DNA of 32,000 nucleotides, taken from contig NW_008806277.1 in NCBI RefSeq assembly GCF_000400465.1, forward strand, positions 360,001 through 392,000, given 5' to 3'. The notes beneath the pieces were generated by a model. The model searched no databases and was not told where the DNA came from. It worked only from the letters and a program-made list of their open reading frames with translations. This document shows positions 8,707 to 19,807 of this stretch, one piece after another. Position numbers and translations under genes: made by a program. This DNA is from Wallemia ichthyophaga EXF-994. Taxonomy: Eukaryota; Fungi; Basidiomycota. The number at the start of each line of letters is the position of its first letter. The stretch's first letter is position 1.

Positions 8707-10797
8707 ATGGGACAGACAATTTCATCTGCTTTATCTGGTGGTATTTCATCAAATAAGAGAGCTAGAGACGAGGATTCCAATGATACTTTTCCCAGCTCAA
8801 ACGACTCAAAGAGAGTTAAAGTGGACGATGACGGCGACGACGATAGCAATGGAGCAGTAGATAACGTGAATTATAAGGCTGATAAAGATGACAAGGAAGA
8901 CGGCGAAATTTCTGAGTCTGAGGATGCTAAGCCTGTTAATATATTACAAGAACGATTAGATAAATTGAAATGGCAGTCAAAGCAAGCTTCACAGCATTCA
9001 GTTGGACATAATCCACAGGTGCAGTTGGGCGTACAGGTAGGGGCAGACGCAGGGGCACAGGCAGTAGCACAACCACAACCATATGTACAGCCACAGCCAC
9101 TTCCAAATCCTCAACACCTCCCACACTCTCACTCTCACTCTACGAGATATCCTTACAATACCAATCTCCCTAATGTACCTTTCAGTGAGTTTTTACCGTG
9201 TAAATTGGCCACTCTAATCCAATTTCAGCAAATTACGACGTAGAACTGGTTAAAAGTGGTCTAATTAATGGCTTGTCTTTTGAATTTCTACAACAAGAAG
9301 GCGTTGATATCAATTTACTCAACTACTCTGCATCTTTGATCCATTCAACCCCTTCAAACACCCTAGAAGCAGGCCAAAGCACGCGTAAACCTCCAAAGAA
9401 AGGTGTAAATTTGGAAATATTCAACCAGAACAAGCAACTCTTCCAAAGAGATCCAAAGACCCTTACGAAAGCTGAGAGGAAGGAGAGAAAGAGAATTGCA
9501 AGGTTAACAAAGAACAAAGTAAAAGACGAGAGCGACAAGAGGAAGAATAAAAGGCAAACTCAGGCAAAACCATCGACTTCAAAATCATCAGCTGATGAAT
9601 TTTTGAATAGCCTCGCACTCTCACCTCACAGCCAATCTGCCACATCTGCCACATCTGCCAGCTTAGTTGAACCTCCTTCACAAACGTTTAACGCATCACA
9701 GAAACCGCACAATATACAAACACACACACACTCAAGCAAAACACCATATTTGAGATCTAAACCAACTGAAATAATAATCACCCCAAGTGATGATGATGAT
9801 GATGATGATGATGAGTTTGAGAATGTTGATGACACTTCCAAAAATCTCGACTCAACACGCTCCATGGAAAAGATTCCTGAGTGGGTTGTTGGTAGATTAG
9901 CTCCTATTGCTTCAACTAGCACTCCTACACCTCCACCTCCACCCATGTCTCTATCTCAAAGAGCAGCACAGGGCGATGTTAAAGCTCAAAATGAACTCAA
10001 GAGGAAGGAGAATGAAATATACGAAATGCAATTAAAGATCAAGCAGATGGAAATCAAGAGAGAGAAGCAGAAACTGGAAGCTATGATGATGGGAAGGATG
10101 AAAGGAGGTGTTGGCAGTAGTATCAGTACAAAGAATACATCAAGTAATACTGGGAACAATTTCAACGATGATACCACGATAACTACGAGCACATACACTC
10201 AAGTGGAAAGTTTTGCGCAAGAAAAACTGATTGAGACTAAGAAAACCAAGGAAACCAAGGAAACTATTGAGGTTGAGCGTTTGGGGGGTGCTGAGGATGT
10301 CGTTGAAGAGCCAACTGACGATGCTGGTGACGATACTCTTAATATTAAGAACCTCGAGGATGCCCCAGACGCTCAAGAAGCCTTTGAAATGTCAAGTAGT
10401 TTCCAAGACGGTGGTAATAAACCTGTTTAACTAGCAAATAAGGTCACCTGCTAACATTCAATCAAGATACAGGTACTAATTTTGCATCTACTAACAACGT
10501 AAGTGAATATAGGCTACTAGGGTGAGTTAATAGAGTTGATAGACTGAATTTGAAAGTGTTTTTGAAAAGAATCCATCGCTACTGCAGTATGTGGAGGATT
10601 TTGATGACGATGACTTACGAAAGACGGTACGTTCGCAAAGTAAGATGTTTAGTGAGAGGAGAATGTGTAAGTATGAGTTGCCATTAGGTGGGAAATGTAA
10701 AGATAGAGAGTGAGTCTGTCTTTATCGCCAACCGAAAGCAAAAATTCATAGCGGAACACTTTATAGTTGTAATAATATACATTTACATGAATTATAA
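8707..10797 (+). CDS. Low-complexity nuclear protein with a C-terminal zf-C3H1 (Red1/ZFC3H1-like) zinc finger, about 627 aa
   Basis: Exons 8707-9184, 9229-10410, 10473-10498, 10543-10709 and 10767-10797 stay in frame and end in MCKYELPLGGKCKDRDCNNIHLHEL* (C-x9-C-x4-C-x3-H). The N-terminal part is acidic/basic low complexity with EDGEISE. Internal splice sites are less certain. Confidence 0.65.
9790..9812 (+). repeat. Coding (GAT)n microsatellite encoding a poly-Asp run
   Basis: About 7-8 tandem GAT units in the Red1-like gene (SDDDDDDDDE). Confidence 0.8.
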
Positions 10798-10810
10798 GAG
10801 ATGAATTGAT

Positions 10811-11148
10811 CTACTGGGGTTGTTGTTGTAGCTTTTGCAGCTGCTCTGTAACAAGTTTCGAAGTCTCAAAATATTTTCCAACGCAGCGATCCAAGCAGAC
10901 GCCTTCAGCTTTATTAAGATCACTGTCCTTGTAGTTGGATTCAATGCACTTTTTATGACAGCTGTTTACGAGTTTTGACTGTTAAGTCGTGTTAGCTATG
11001 TGCGTATGTATCACCACCACGAACGCACGAATAAGTCTGTAATCATTTCAATCTCAGTGGTGGCTGAGTTAACGACCTCTGATTGGCCAATTTGAGCTGA
11101 TGGATTCGCAGCGCTGCCGCCGCCGCCGCCGCCGAATAAAAAGGACAT
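10811..11148 (-). CDS. TIM10: Mitochondrial intermembrane-space chaperone Tim10, 95 aa
   Basis: Exons 11148-11029 and 10978-10811 give MSFLFGGGGGGSAANP...EIEMITDLFSKLVNSCHKKCIESNYKDSDLNKAEGVCLDRCVGKYFETSKLVTEQLQ, with twin CX3C motifs. It is not in the ORF track. Confidence 0.95.
11116..11133 (-). repeat. Coding (GGC)6 microsatellite encoding poly-Gly of Tim10
   Basis: Six GCC units on the plus strand read as G6 in the TIM10 frame. Confidence 0.85.
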
Positions 11149-11189
11149 GACTGAGAAGAGAAATCCGTGTCTTCTTGGTTACGAACGCC

Positions 11190-13911
11190 ATGGACCAAAA
11201 AATTAATTCAGCGAGTAATTCAAATCCTAGCATACCAATTCATAGAAATAGATTCTTAGACTTGAATCCGCACTCAATTTCTGCTTTGGCGTTTCCACCA
11301 CCGCCCAAACACGCCAAAGATAGTGAATGGCTTGGATTTGGATTGTTAGCCGTTGGAAAGAGCAATGGGGATATTGAATTGAAGCATTACGTAAACACAG
11401 CCACACACTCTCAGCTTAGCGTTAAGAAGCAGCCACCGGGCAAAGGCTGGGTTCTTGATAAGGTGGGAGAGTAGTTTAATTAACCTTACTCTACTAAATG
11501 CTCCACCTTTAGATACTCCCCGCTCACTTACCTTCGGGTAAAATTCATTCGTTATTCTTCACGAGAAGACACCCAGCACCCCCACACGCAGGCACATACA
11601 CACACGCTATTTCATCACTCAACCCATACACTTCAAAGCACCTCAGATTATTCTCTAGCAGTGGTACAAATACCGTTATTGAATGGGATATAAACACTGG
11701 TAAAATTTTAAACAAACTATCCTCCGATGGTGGAGCTATTTGGTCAATGTGCTCATCACCATCCACCAACTCACTCGCTCTAGGCTGCGCTGATGGTCGT
11801 ATTAGGTTGGTTGACCTTCAAAACAACCAATTGCAAGTTTCAAGAGTACTCGCTCATGTACCCACTCGATTATTATCCATTGCTTGGTGTAGATCCTCAC
11901 AAGATAACGATGAACAGAAGAATGGCTGGGTCGTTGCTGGTTGCTCTGATTCCAGTTTAAGAGTCTATAATCTCGAAAATGGTCGCGTAAATGACCGACT
12001 CTCCGTCGATAAAACTAACCATGAACACACGTTGATCTGGTCTGTTAACGTCCTCGAAGATAACACCATCATCAGTGGTGATAGTCTCGGTAATGTGATT
12101 TTCTGGGATAAACAATCATCTTCCCAGATATCCTCCTTTAAATCTCATGAGGCTGATGTTCTTACAACTTCTGTCTCATCTGACGGCAAAACTGTTTTTA
12201 GCGGTGGTATAGATCAAAGAGTCTCTCAATTTACAAAGGTGTCCATTTCTGACGATCGCCTCGATACGAAGTTCTTCCAATCTGGTTCGAGGCGTATACA
12301 CACTCACGATATCAACGCTATCTCGGTTTGGCCTCCTCAAGGTACCCCTGACAACTTTGCCTTAAGCAGCCAAGTACCTGTAGTAGTCAGTGGTGGTATC
12401 GATCCCCACATGAATCTTACACCGGGTGGTATACCTCTCAACCGTAAAGTTAAAGAAAAGCAGCTTGAAATCTCACTCGTCAACCCTGTCTCTTCATCCA
12501 AAGCTGTAACTTTCGCAGATAGCTGGCATAAACGCTCGCCTTACGTCCCTCTTAATGGTAGAGGTAGTGTTAGCGTTTGTAGAGCAAGACGGTGGGTGAT
12601 AGCCAGACGTGATATGGGTCTTAGTGTTTGGAGGATCAAGTCTGCCGATGAAGACTTCGGAGAGGGTGGTTATGACAAGGTATTAGATACCGAATTTAAG
12701 GTTTGTTTGCTGCATTTTTACTTGCTTCGCTAACTCTGCTGCTATAGTTCCGCACCCATCTCATATCTCATTCTGTCTCCCCAGATGGTCACATGCTGGC
12801 TGTCAGTGATGCGTACGAAACCAAACTGTTTACGCTCGCTCAAAATGGTCCTCCAATTCCTAAAAAGGTGAAGCTGGACAGCTCACTTCCAGGAGCTAAT
12901 TACATAGAGTTCACACCAGATTCCAGAAGAATCATCATGGCCTTATCAGGCGCATCGTCAGTAGTCGTTTATGACTTGGAAGACGGAATACCTAAGCTTC
13001 TCAAGGAGTGGAGTAACAAATCATCGTCTGTGCGCAACATTCGTAGAATGCCTGACAGGAAGTCGACAGCCTCAATGGACGTAGATATGAGTGAAAGTGA
13101 TGATGAAACAGATAACGATAACAAGCTCGAATCCTCAGTGCACACATTGGCTTGCTCTAGGGATGGCCAGTGGTTGGTAATAGCTGATTATGCCTGCAAT
13201 ATCCAGATATACAACCTGGATTCAATGCAACACCATGCCACTTTACCAAGCCTGAGCGATTTACCAGCAGCTATCAAATTTCATCCATTGCATCAGTCGC
13301 TGCTGATTATCGCACTTCCTAACTGTTTAATTAGTTTCTATGATGTGGAGAAAAAGTCAACTCCAGCTTGGTCTAAGCAGCTTAATGAGTCTACCATGCC
13401 GGAGAGCTACGTACAGATAGTTGACCCGCTGCAGGGTATCATACTTAATCCTGATCCTTCAACCCTTCCACCGCAATTCCACGGCGTCGACTCGAATGCC
13501 AGCACGCTGGACTCACATAGCGATAGCAAGCTCATCGCTTACGGTGCTACGTGGATGTGTGTAATCAAGTATATGGCAAATGACACGGACAGCAATCGCA
13601 AAGCACTGTCCAAATCATCCAAATCGAACAAACGCAAGATGAATAAGCAGGATAGGAATAAGATGGCTACCGATTTAGCCAACGTCAAGAAGCAGATGGG
13701 CGACGCTGCGAATGGGATCATATTCCAAGAGGATGAAATTCTTCAGCGTGCGGAAGAAGCATCATTCTTTAAGATGGTTAACAGATATCAGCCAATCGCT
13801 TGTGCAGACTTTATCGGTCCTTCTGAACTGATGGTGGTGGAGAGACCACAGTCAGACTTTGTCACTGATCTTCCACCTGCATTCTATAAGCACAAGTATG
13901 GTCTGTCATGA
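11190..13911 (+). CDS. UTP4: U3 snoRNP / SSU processome WD40 protein Utp4 (cirhin), about 874 aa
   Basis: Exons 11190-11462, 11513-12700 and 12748-13911. N-terminal IHRNRFLDLNPHSISALAF, multiple WD repeats (SGDSLGNVIFWD, HEADVL, HTHDI) and C-terminal YQPIACADFIGPSELMVVERP. Confidence 0.92.
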
Positions 13912-13982
13912 GGTTGTGTACTGGACTCTAATTGATTATTTATTGTTTATTGTTATAGAGAATAGATGTGTGATTGATAGGT

Positions 13983-16204
13983 TTACAGTAATTGAGACAT
14001 TTTTATTGGCTTGCGCACTGCGTTTGAGAATCCTTCAAAGTATTTATAGTGTGGGGGTATGTATGTGCTAGTTGATGCTTTGTTTAAGATATCTGCTTTG
14101 GCTGTTGTGAGCTCTCGACCGAAGAAATCTGTCGGGCTTGCGTCATTCACAGCAGCTGCATCAGCAGTAGGCGGAGCACCGTACTTGTCGCTCAGAGACT
14201 TCTTCTCCCTCTTCACTTTCTCCGTCTTCCGACGCACCTTCTCACTATTGATTTCCTTAGATAGGAGCTGCTTGGTGGAGAAGGTTGATAGGGAGGTGTT
14301 GGAGTAAAGTTGAGAGAGCACGTCAATCGCTGGATCCATTTTGATTAATGTTTTGTTATCTTCATCCCTGTCAATCTTCAATTCAACACCTAGATCGACA
14401 CATATCTGCACCGCTCGCTCCATTCTCCTCCGATCACCCTCAGTAGAGACCTGCGCATTAGTTAGTTTCAAATTGATAGCCAGGATTTGCATGAGGAGTG
14501 GACACAACTCTATAACAAGAGTATTGAGGTCGTAGCATCTATACAACGAATGAGGTAGTGAGAGTTTGAAACTTTTTGCCATATCTGCATTATTAAGACG
14601 CTCAACGTACTTGTCATAGTCTGTACTGCCAGCTACGCCTATATGACCATTGTTAATGTTTGCGAACTGAAGGTGAAGCTTGGAGAGGTGGTAAGGTGTG
14701 TATGTATCACCCAAACCATTCCGCGTGTCTGCATCAACCAGCGCATCTATGGCTGTGAGATATCTGTCCCATCTACTGTCATTCACTCGCGCTTTAAGGT
14801 ATGATTCGTAACACGATTGTGAGATCTTGTCGTATTCTCCACACTCCACCATCGTGTCTATCGCAGGCTTAATCGAAGGCGTCTTGCTTTTCTCTAATTT
14901 AAATATCTGCTGTATGACACTTGCTACACTTCGACTCGAGTCTTTGGTGTTAATCTGTATAGCCGTTTGGAGTTGCATCGAGTTGTGTTGGATGAACTAG
15001 TAGCGTGGTGAGTTACCTCGAACAGGGCACTAACCTAACTTACCTGTAATGTATTTAGACAGTTGCGAATATCTCCACCAGAGGATTCCGCCAACATGTT
15101 GAGGGATTTAGTATCAGTTTGGATATTTTCCTCGTTGCAAATGTCCTTGAGACGCGTAACTGTAGCTAGGGTCGATGGTGGCTTGTATCTCACTATTCTC
15201 GATATAGGTCTGAGAGAGCGTAAAGAGGGTGTGTATAAATCATTGCATATGCAAATGATCGGCCTGAGAAGTAGACGAGGTTGAGTAGTACCATTTTTAC
15301 GCTTTTTGGGTACGTAGTCTGTAGCTAGATTGATCAACTGTCTCACGAATCCTCCACTACCTTCTCCAGTTGCACCGTCTATCTCATCTACCAACACTAA
15401 TGTTGGTCTTTTATCGACAGTGCCATCGAAAGTAATGGGATTAACATCTAATGCCGATTTGAGCTTATCGTCTACAGTTCTAGCTGACCTGTCGTCACTG
15501 GCGTTGACTTCAAAGACGCGATAACCGGCGTGTTTGGCTATGATGTATGCTAGAGTAGTTTTACCGAGACCTGGTGGACCGCTGAGGAGAAGAAGACGTT
15601 CCTGTGGTCTACCTAAGTTATGTGGATCACGATAAGCGTAAGGTTCAGCATCTCTTTTGCGTTTGTAGGTGGAATCAGCTGTAGTTTTGTTAAATACGCA
15701 TCTATCCCATTCTTTCAACCAGCTCATTACTTGTCTGTTGAGTCTGTCATCGCCCATTAGATCAGTGAACTTATTGGGCTTGTACTTGTCAGTCCATAGT
15801 TGCGTTTCAGATGGATTTTGAGAGTGAGTGGATGAAATAGAGGTGGAAGTGGAAGCTTTAGCGTCTAACTCTGATAATAACTTGTGTACTGGTTTAGCCA
15901 AATAGCTTGAACGCGGTTCAACGTCGTTCATTGTACTTGTACCATCAATCTTCTTCTTACGGCCGAATGAGATTGGAGTGCCTGATGTTGAAGTTGCTTG
16001 GATTGGTGCGAGTCTGATTGTGTGAGGAGGGAGTGGTGTTTGTCGTGCTGGTGATGTTTGCGGACCTGGATCTGCCGGATCTGCCGGATCTGCTGTCTTA
16101 GGATTCAAGAATCTATTGCTCATTTGTACATCATCATCTTCTTCTTCAAGCAAATTAAGTGAATTTGACGCGTCCCAGGACCTTTTATCACCTAAAATGC
16201 TCAT
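13983..16204 (-). CDS. CTF18: Ctf18, large subunit of the alternative RFC clamp loader, about 724 aa
   Basis: Exons 16204-15044 and 14996-13983. LWTDKYKP, Walker A GPPGLGKTT, EVNASDDR, Walker B DEIDG, RPIICICNDLY, GDIRNCLNTLQ and C-terminal EGFSNAVRKP. Confidence 0.95.
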
Positions 16205-16209
16205 ATTTT

Positions 16210-16215
16210 ACGCGT
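16210..16215. promoter_or_regulatory. Possible MCB element (ACGCGT)
   Basis: Exact ACGCGT in the 101-bp AT-rich CTF18/HECT divergent gap. A single hexamer is weak evidence. Confidence 0.25.
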
Positions 16216-16305
16216 TTTTAGATTTTTAGATTTTCGAATTGATTAGCGTATAAGATCAAGCTAAGGCTGTTATCTCCAAACGACCAAGTGCACGAATAAT
16301 TTTAA

Positions 16306-19300
16306 ATGCAGCCTTATTTTACAGGCAGCCACAGGCAACCACGCAGAGTGCAAATCTCTGGCTCCAACGCCACCCAGAAGTCAAGCAGTCGTGTACTCGA
16401 AGACGCACGTCATCAACGTCATCAAAGGGAGTTACACAGGCAGAAAGAGGAATACGCCGTGTTTATTCAAGTGGGTTTCTAGTCACCCTCTTTACACCCT
16501 ATAACACCCCATTCAGTCTCGATGTAGATGTTTCATCACCCAGAAATTGCTTCACAACGAGAATTTCCTTGAATTTCAAAACCTCTCTCTCTCACCTTTT
16601 AAAGACTACACCCGTCTGACTAGATTGATGTCTTTTTCTCGCTTTGATAGCCCCGATGTCATTCGCTGGATCGATATAACGAATCACTCTTTAGATAGCT
16701 TCGTCGGGGTGGATGATAGTTTGATTCTGTTATCTCTACTCCAAGTTATCAGGCTCGACGTCATTGATCACCCTTCCCTTCGTCCTCTCCTTCTCAATTT
16801 GTCTCAAATTCCAAAAATGAAGACTTTTCTCCTTCAAGTCAGGGTTATATCCCGTTTAGTAGAAAAGCTAGAACAAGTGGTGAGTACAGCGGGATCATTT
16901 CACCCAGCTTACAATAATTACAGCCACATGACATCAGCAAATCCAATCCCATGGTAAATAACTTGATGGATCAACTATCTCATCTTATCAATCATTTTGC
17001 ATCCCTCGACGAAATGCTCTACTTCCTGTCCATCCCCCACTTGCCTACAAGAATACCGATAGCCTACATAGCTCGTATCTCTGCTATCTTACCATTCAAT
17101 CTCTTGTTAGCCCACTCGCTCACCCTGGAAGCTAATAACCTACGTTCACAGTGGTCACTCGAACGACGTATATCATTCGTTGGTAACTTGCTTACGTTTT
17201 GTAAAGCAAGAATCACCACATGGACTAAGGATCAAGTCAATAATTGGCTATTACTCCTGTCGAATGAGGTGATTGCACTTCCTGAGCTTAGCGAGTTAAG
17301 TAAATCCGAAACTAAACGTACTGTCTTTTTAGACTCGGATGATGAGGATAATGAGGATCTGGTACAATTAAAACATGGAATTCATCCTCGTCTTCTCAAG
17401 AGACTGGATTTGCTTACTGATAAATCACACATCACCACACTCATCACTTTATCAAACAAGTTTTCATCCATCAGACAACAGCTCTTTAATTACCTAGCTA
17501 TCACAATAGAAAAGTATCCTCACAAACGTGATGATCTGATCCACGCCATACTTTACACCCCCTCATCATCGTCGTCATCTCGTAGTGTTGGTGGACCCGG
17601 TGTCATACGCGAGCTCTGGAGAGCGTCCGTCCGTGGTAGTCCCTTGGCTAGAGTATCCCTATCTTCGCCAAGAGGGTTTGTCAAGTTTCTCGGTAAACTG
17701 TCAGAAAGAAAAGATGATCAAAGCAATTTGCTTAGTTTCATTCTTCTAGTATACTTGTATTCAAGATTGCTGGTCACACTCCCTGATGCAGACTTCCACG
17801 CACCAAACTCCCCTAATCAGGCTTTGTCAATCGACGAAGTCATCAGCTTGTCTTCTATACTGCGCAATGTCACATTTGCGCTGTATACTGCAGAGAACAT
17901 ACAAAGCGATACATTACCAGCTTTGGGATTCAGAATGATGTCTGTTAGATCGATACTTACGAAACTTGCTCGACAAATACATCAGCGCGACTCGAGGAAA
18001 CAGTTCACTACCCCAGGACATTGGCTCATGACGTCTGAGCTCGACTTAAGAGCATTCTGCGATGCTGTCATTGCCGAAGAAAGGAAGCTTGAAGATGAAG
18101 ATAGCGATGTTGAGATGATGGATGTCGATATGCGCAGAGGTGGTCTAAGAAGGTACAGAAATACAAAGACGCTTTCGAAGCAGCAATTGGCCCAGATTTC
18201 TCCAAAGCTAGGTATACTGAACAACATCCCCTTCGTTATTCCCTTCGATTCTCGTGTAAGTGTGTTTAGGGAACTCATCAGATACGACGAAATTCGCAAC
18301 AACGTCGATAGTATATTTGATAGAGTCAAGGCTGATATCAGGCGTGATAATGTTGCTGAGGATGGATTTAACCAACTCAACATACCAGGAGATCAACTGA
18401 AAGGAAAGGTATTTATTCGATTCTTTGATCAGTGGGGTAATTTGGAAGCTGGTGTCGACGGAGGTGGTCTATTTAAGGAATTTTTGACAAGCTTGGCTAA
18501 AGAAGTATTTGACACTGATAGAGGGTTATGGCTTTCTAACGAAAAACGTCTGCTGTATCCAAACCCTCACTCATACGCCAAGGAACCCTCGCAGCTAGAC
18601 TGGTATCGCTTTCTAGGTAAGATTATCGGAAAGGCACTCTATAGTGGTATACTGCTCGATATAGGCTTCGCCGAGTTTTTCCTTGCCAAGTGGAACGGCA
18701 GACAGTCTCACCTCGATGACCTTGCGTCACTCGATCCTCAACTCTACGATGGGTTACTGTATCTGAAGAATTACCCCGGCGATTCACAAGATTTGGCATT
18801 AACGTTCGCGGCATCTGAAGAAGAGTTTGGAGTAACGCGTACAATGGACCTCATTCCAAATGGACAGAACATCACAGTGACGAGAGACAACAAGATACAG
18901 TACATACATCTCGTATCGCACTACCGTCTCAATACACAAATAGAGCCACAGTGCAACGCATTTTTCCAGGGACTGTCTAGTATCATTGATAACAAGTGGT
19001 TGAGGATGTTTGATCAGCAGGAGCTAGGTGTATTGATTGGAGGTGCTGAAAGTGATATTGAGTGGGTACTTGGTCTCATTGAAGCATCAACTAACATCCA
19101 AAAAACAGCCTCGATGACCTCAAGAAGCATACCGTGTATAACAACTACAGCGAAGCAGATGAGGTAGTAATTAACTTCTGGTCGGTTGTTCGTTCGTTCA
19201 ATCAGCGTGAGAAGGAGCTGCTGCTTTCGTTTGTTACATCTTGTCCCCGGGCCCCTTTACTTGGATTTAGGGAGTGAGTGAATAATTAGCTAAAAAGAAG

Positions 19301-19532
19301 GACGCTAATAAAATCGCAGACTGAGGCCGTTCTTCGCTATTTCGAAAGCATCAGAGGATGATTCGTGGCTACCGACAGCTAGTACATGTGTCGTACGTAA
19401 TGGATTTATTGATAGCACGGGTACTTACGCACGCAGAATTTGCTCAAATTGCCGGCATACTCGAATAAGGAGAAGCTGAGGGATAAGCTATTGGCGGCAA
19501 TAACATCAGGCTCAAGATTTGAGATTACATAA
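16306..19532 (+). CDS. HUL5: HECT E3 ubiquitin ligase, Hul5/UBE3C-like, about 999 aa
   Basis: Exons 16306-16470, 16517-16879, 16924-19061, 19109-19273, 19320-19392 and 19437-19532. N-terminal FTGSHRQPRRVQISG plus an IQ-like motif, NNIPFVIPF, GVDGGGLFKEF, and catalytic LPTASTCVNLLKLP. Confidence 0.9.
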
Positions 19533-19807
19533 GAGTTTATTTGTATCCATAAATTGACAGCACAGAGACAGCAAAGTGACAGAATTGAATATTTGCACCA
19601 AGCTAAATAAAAGACAGAGCGGTTTGAGCAAAAACATATAATGATCTCGACTCAGATACCGAAATGTGCCTTTGTACCTCAATCACGTCGACCTGAGCGC
19701 TGCGCCTAGTATTCGCTGACGTTGAATTTCTTCTCAACCATCAACACCGGCAAGTAGAGGGATTCTATTGCCTTGTAAAATTATTCTTATTCCTATTTCC
19801 TTGGATA

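Noticed and set aside
11110-11135. (GCC)n tract as a non-coding promoter repeat
   Set aside because: It is fully explained as the poly-Gly codons of TIM10 exon 1.
16067-16092. 9-bp tandem repeats (ADPADPADP in CTF18; also SATSATSA near 9640 and KETKET near 10245)
   Set aside because: These are short coding slippage repeats in disordered regions, with no spacers, so not CRISPR-like or mobile.
17982-18844. Antisense ORFs over the HECT ligase
   Set aside because: They are shadow ORFs with no independent evidence.
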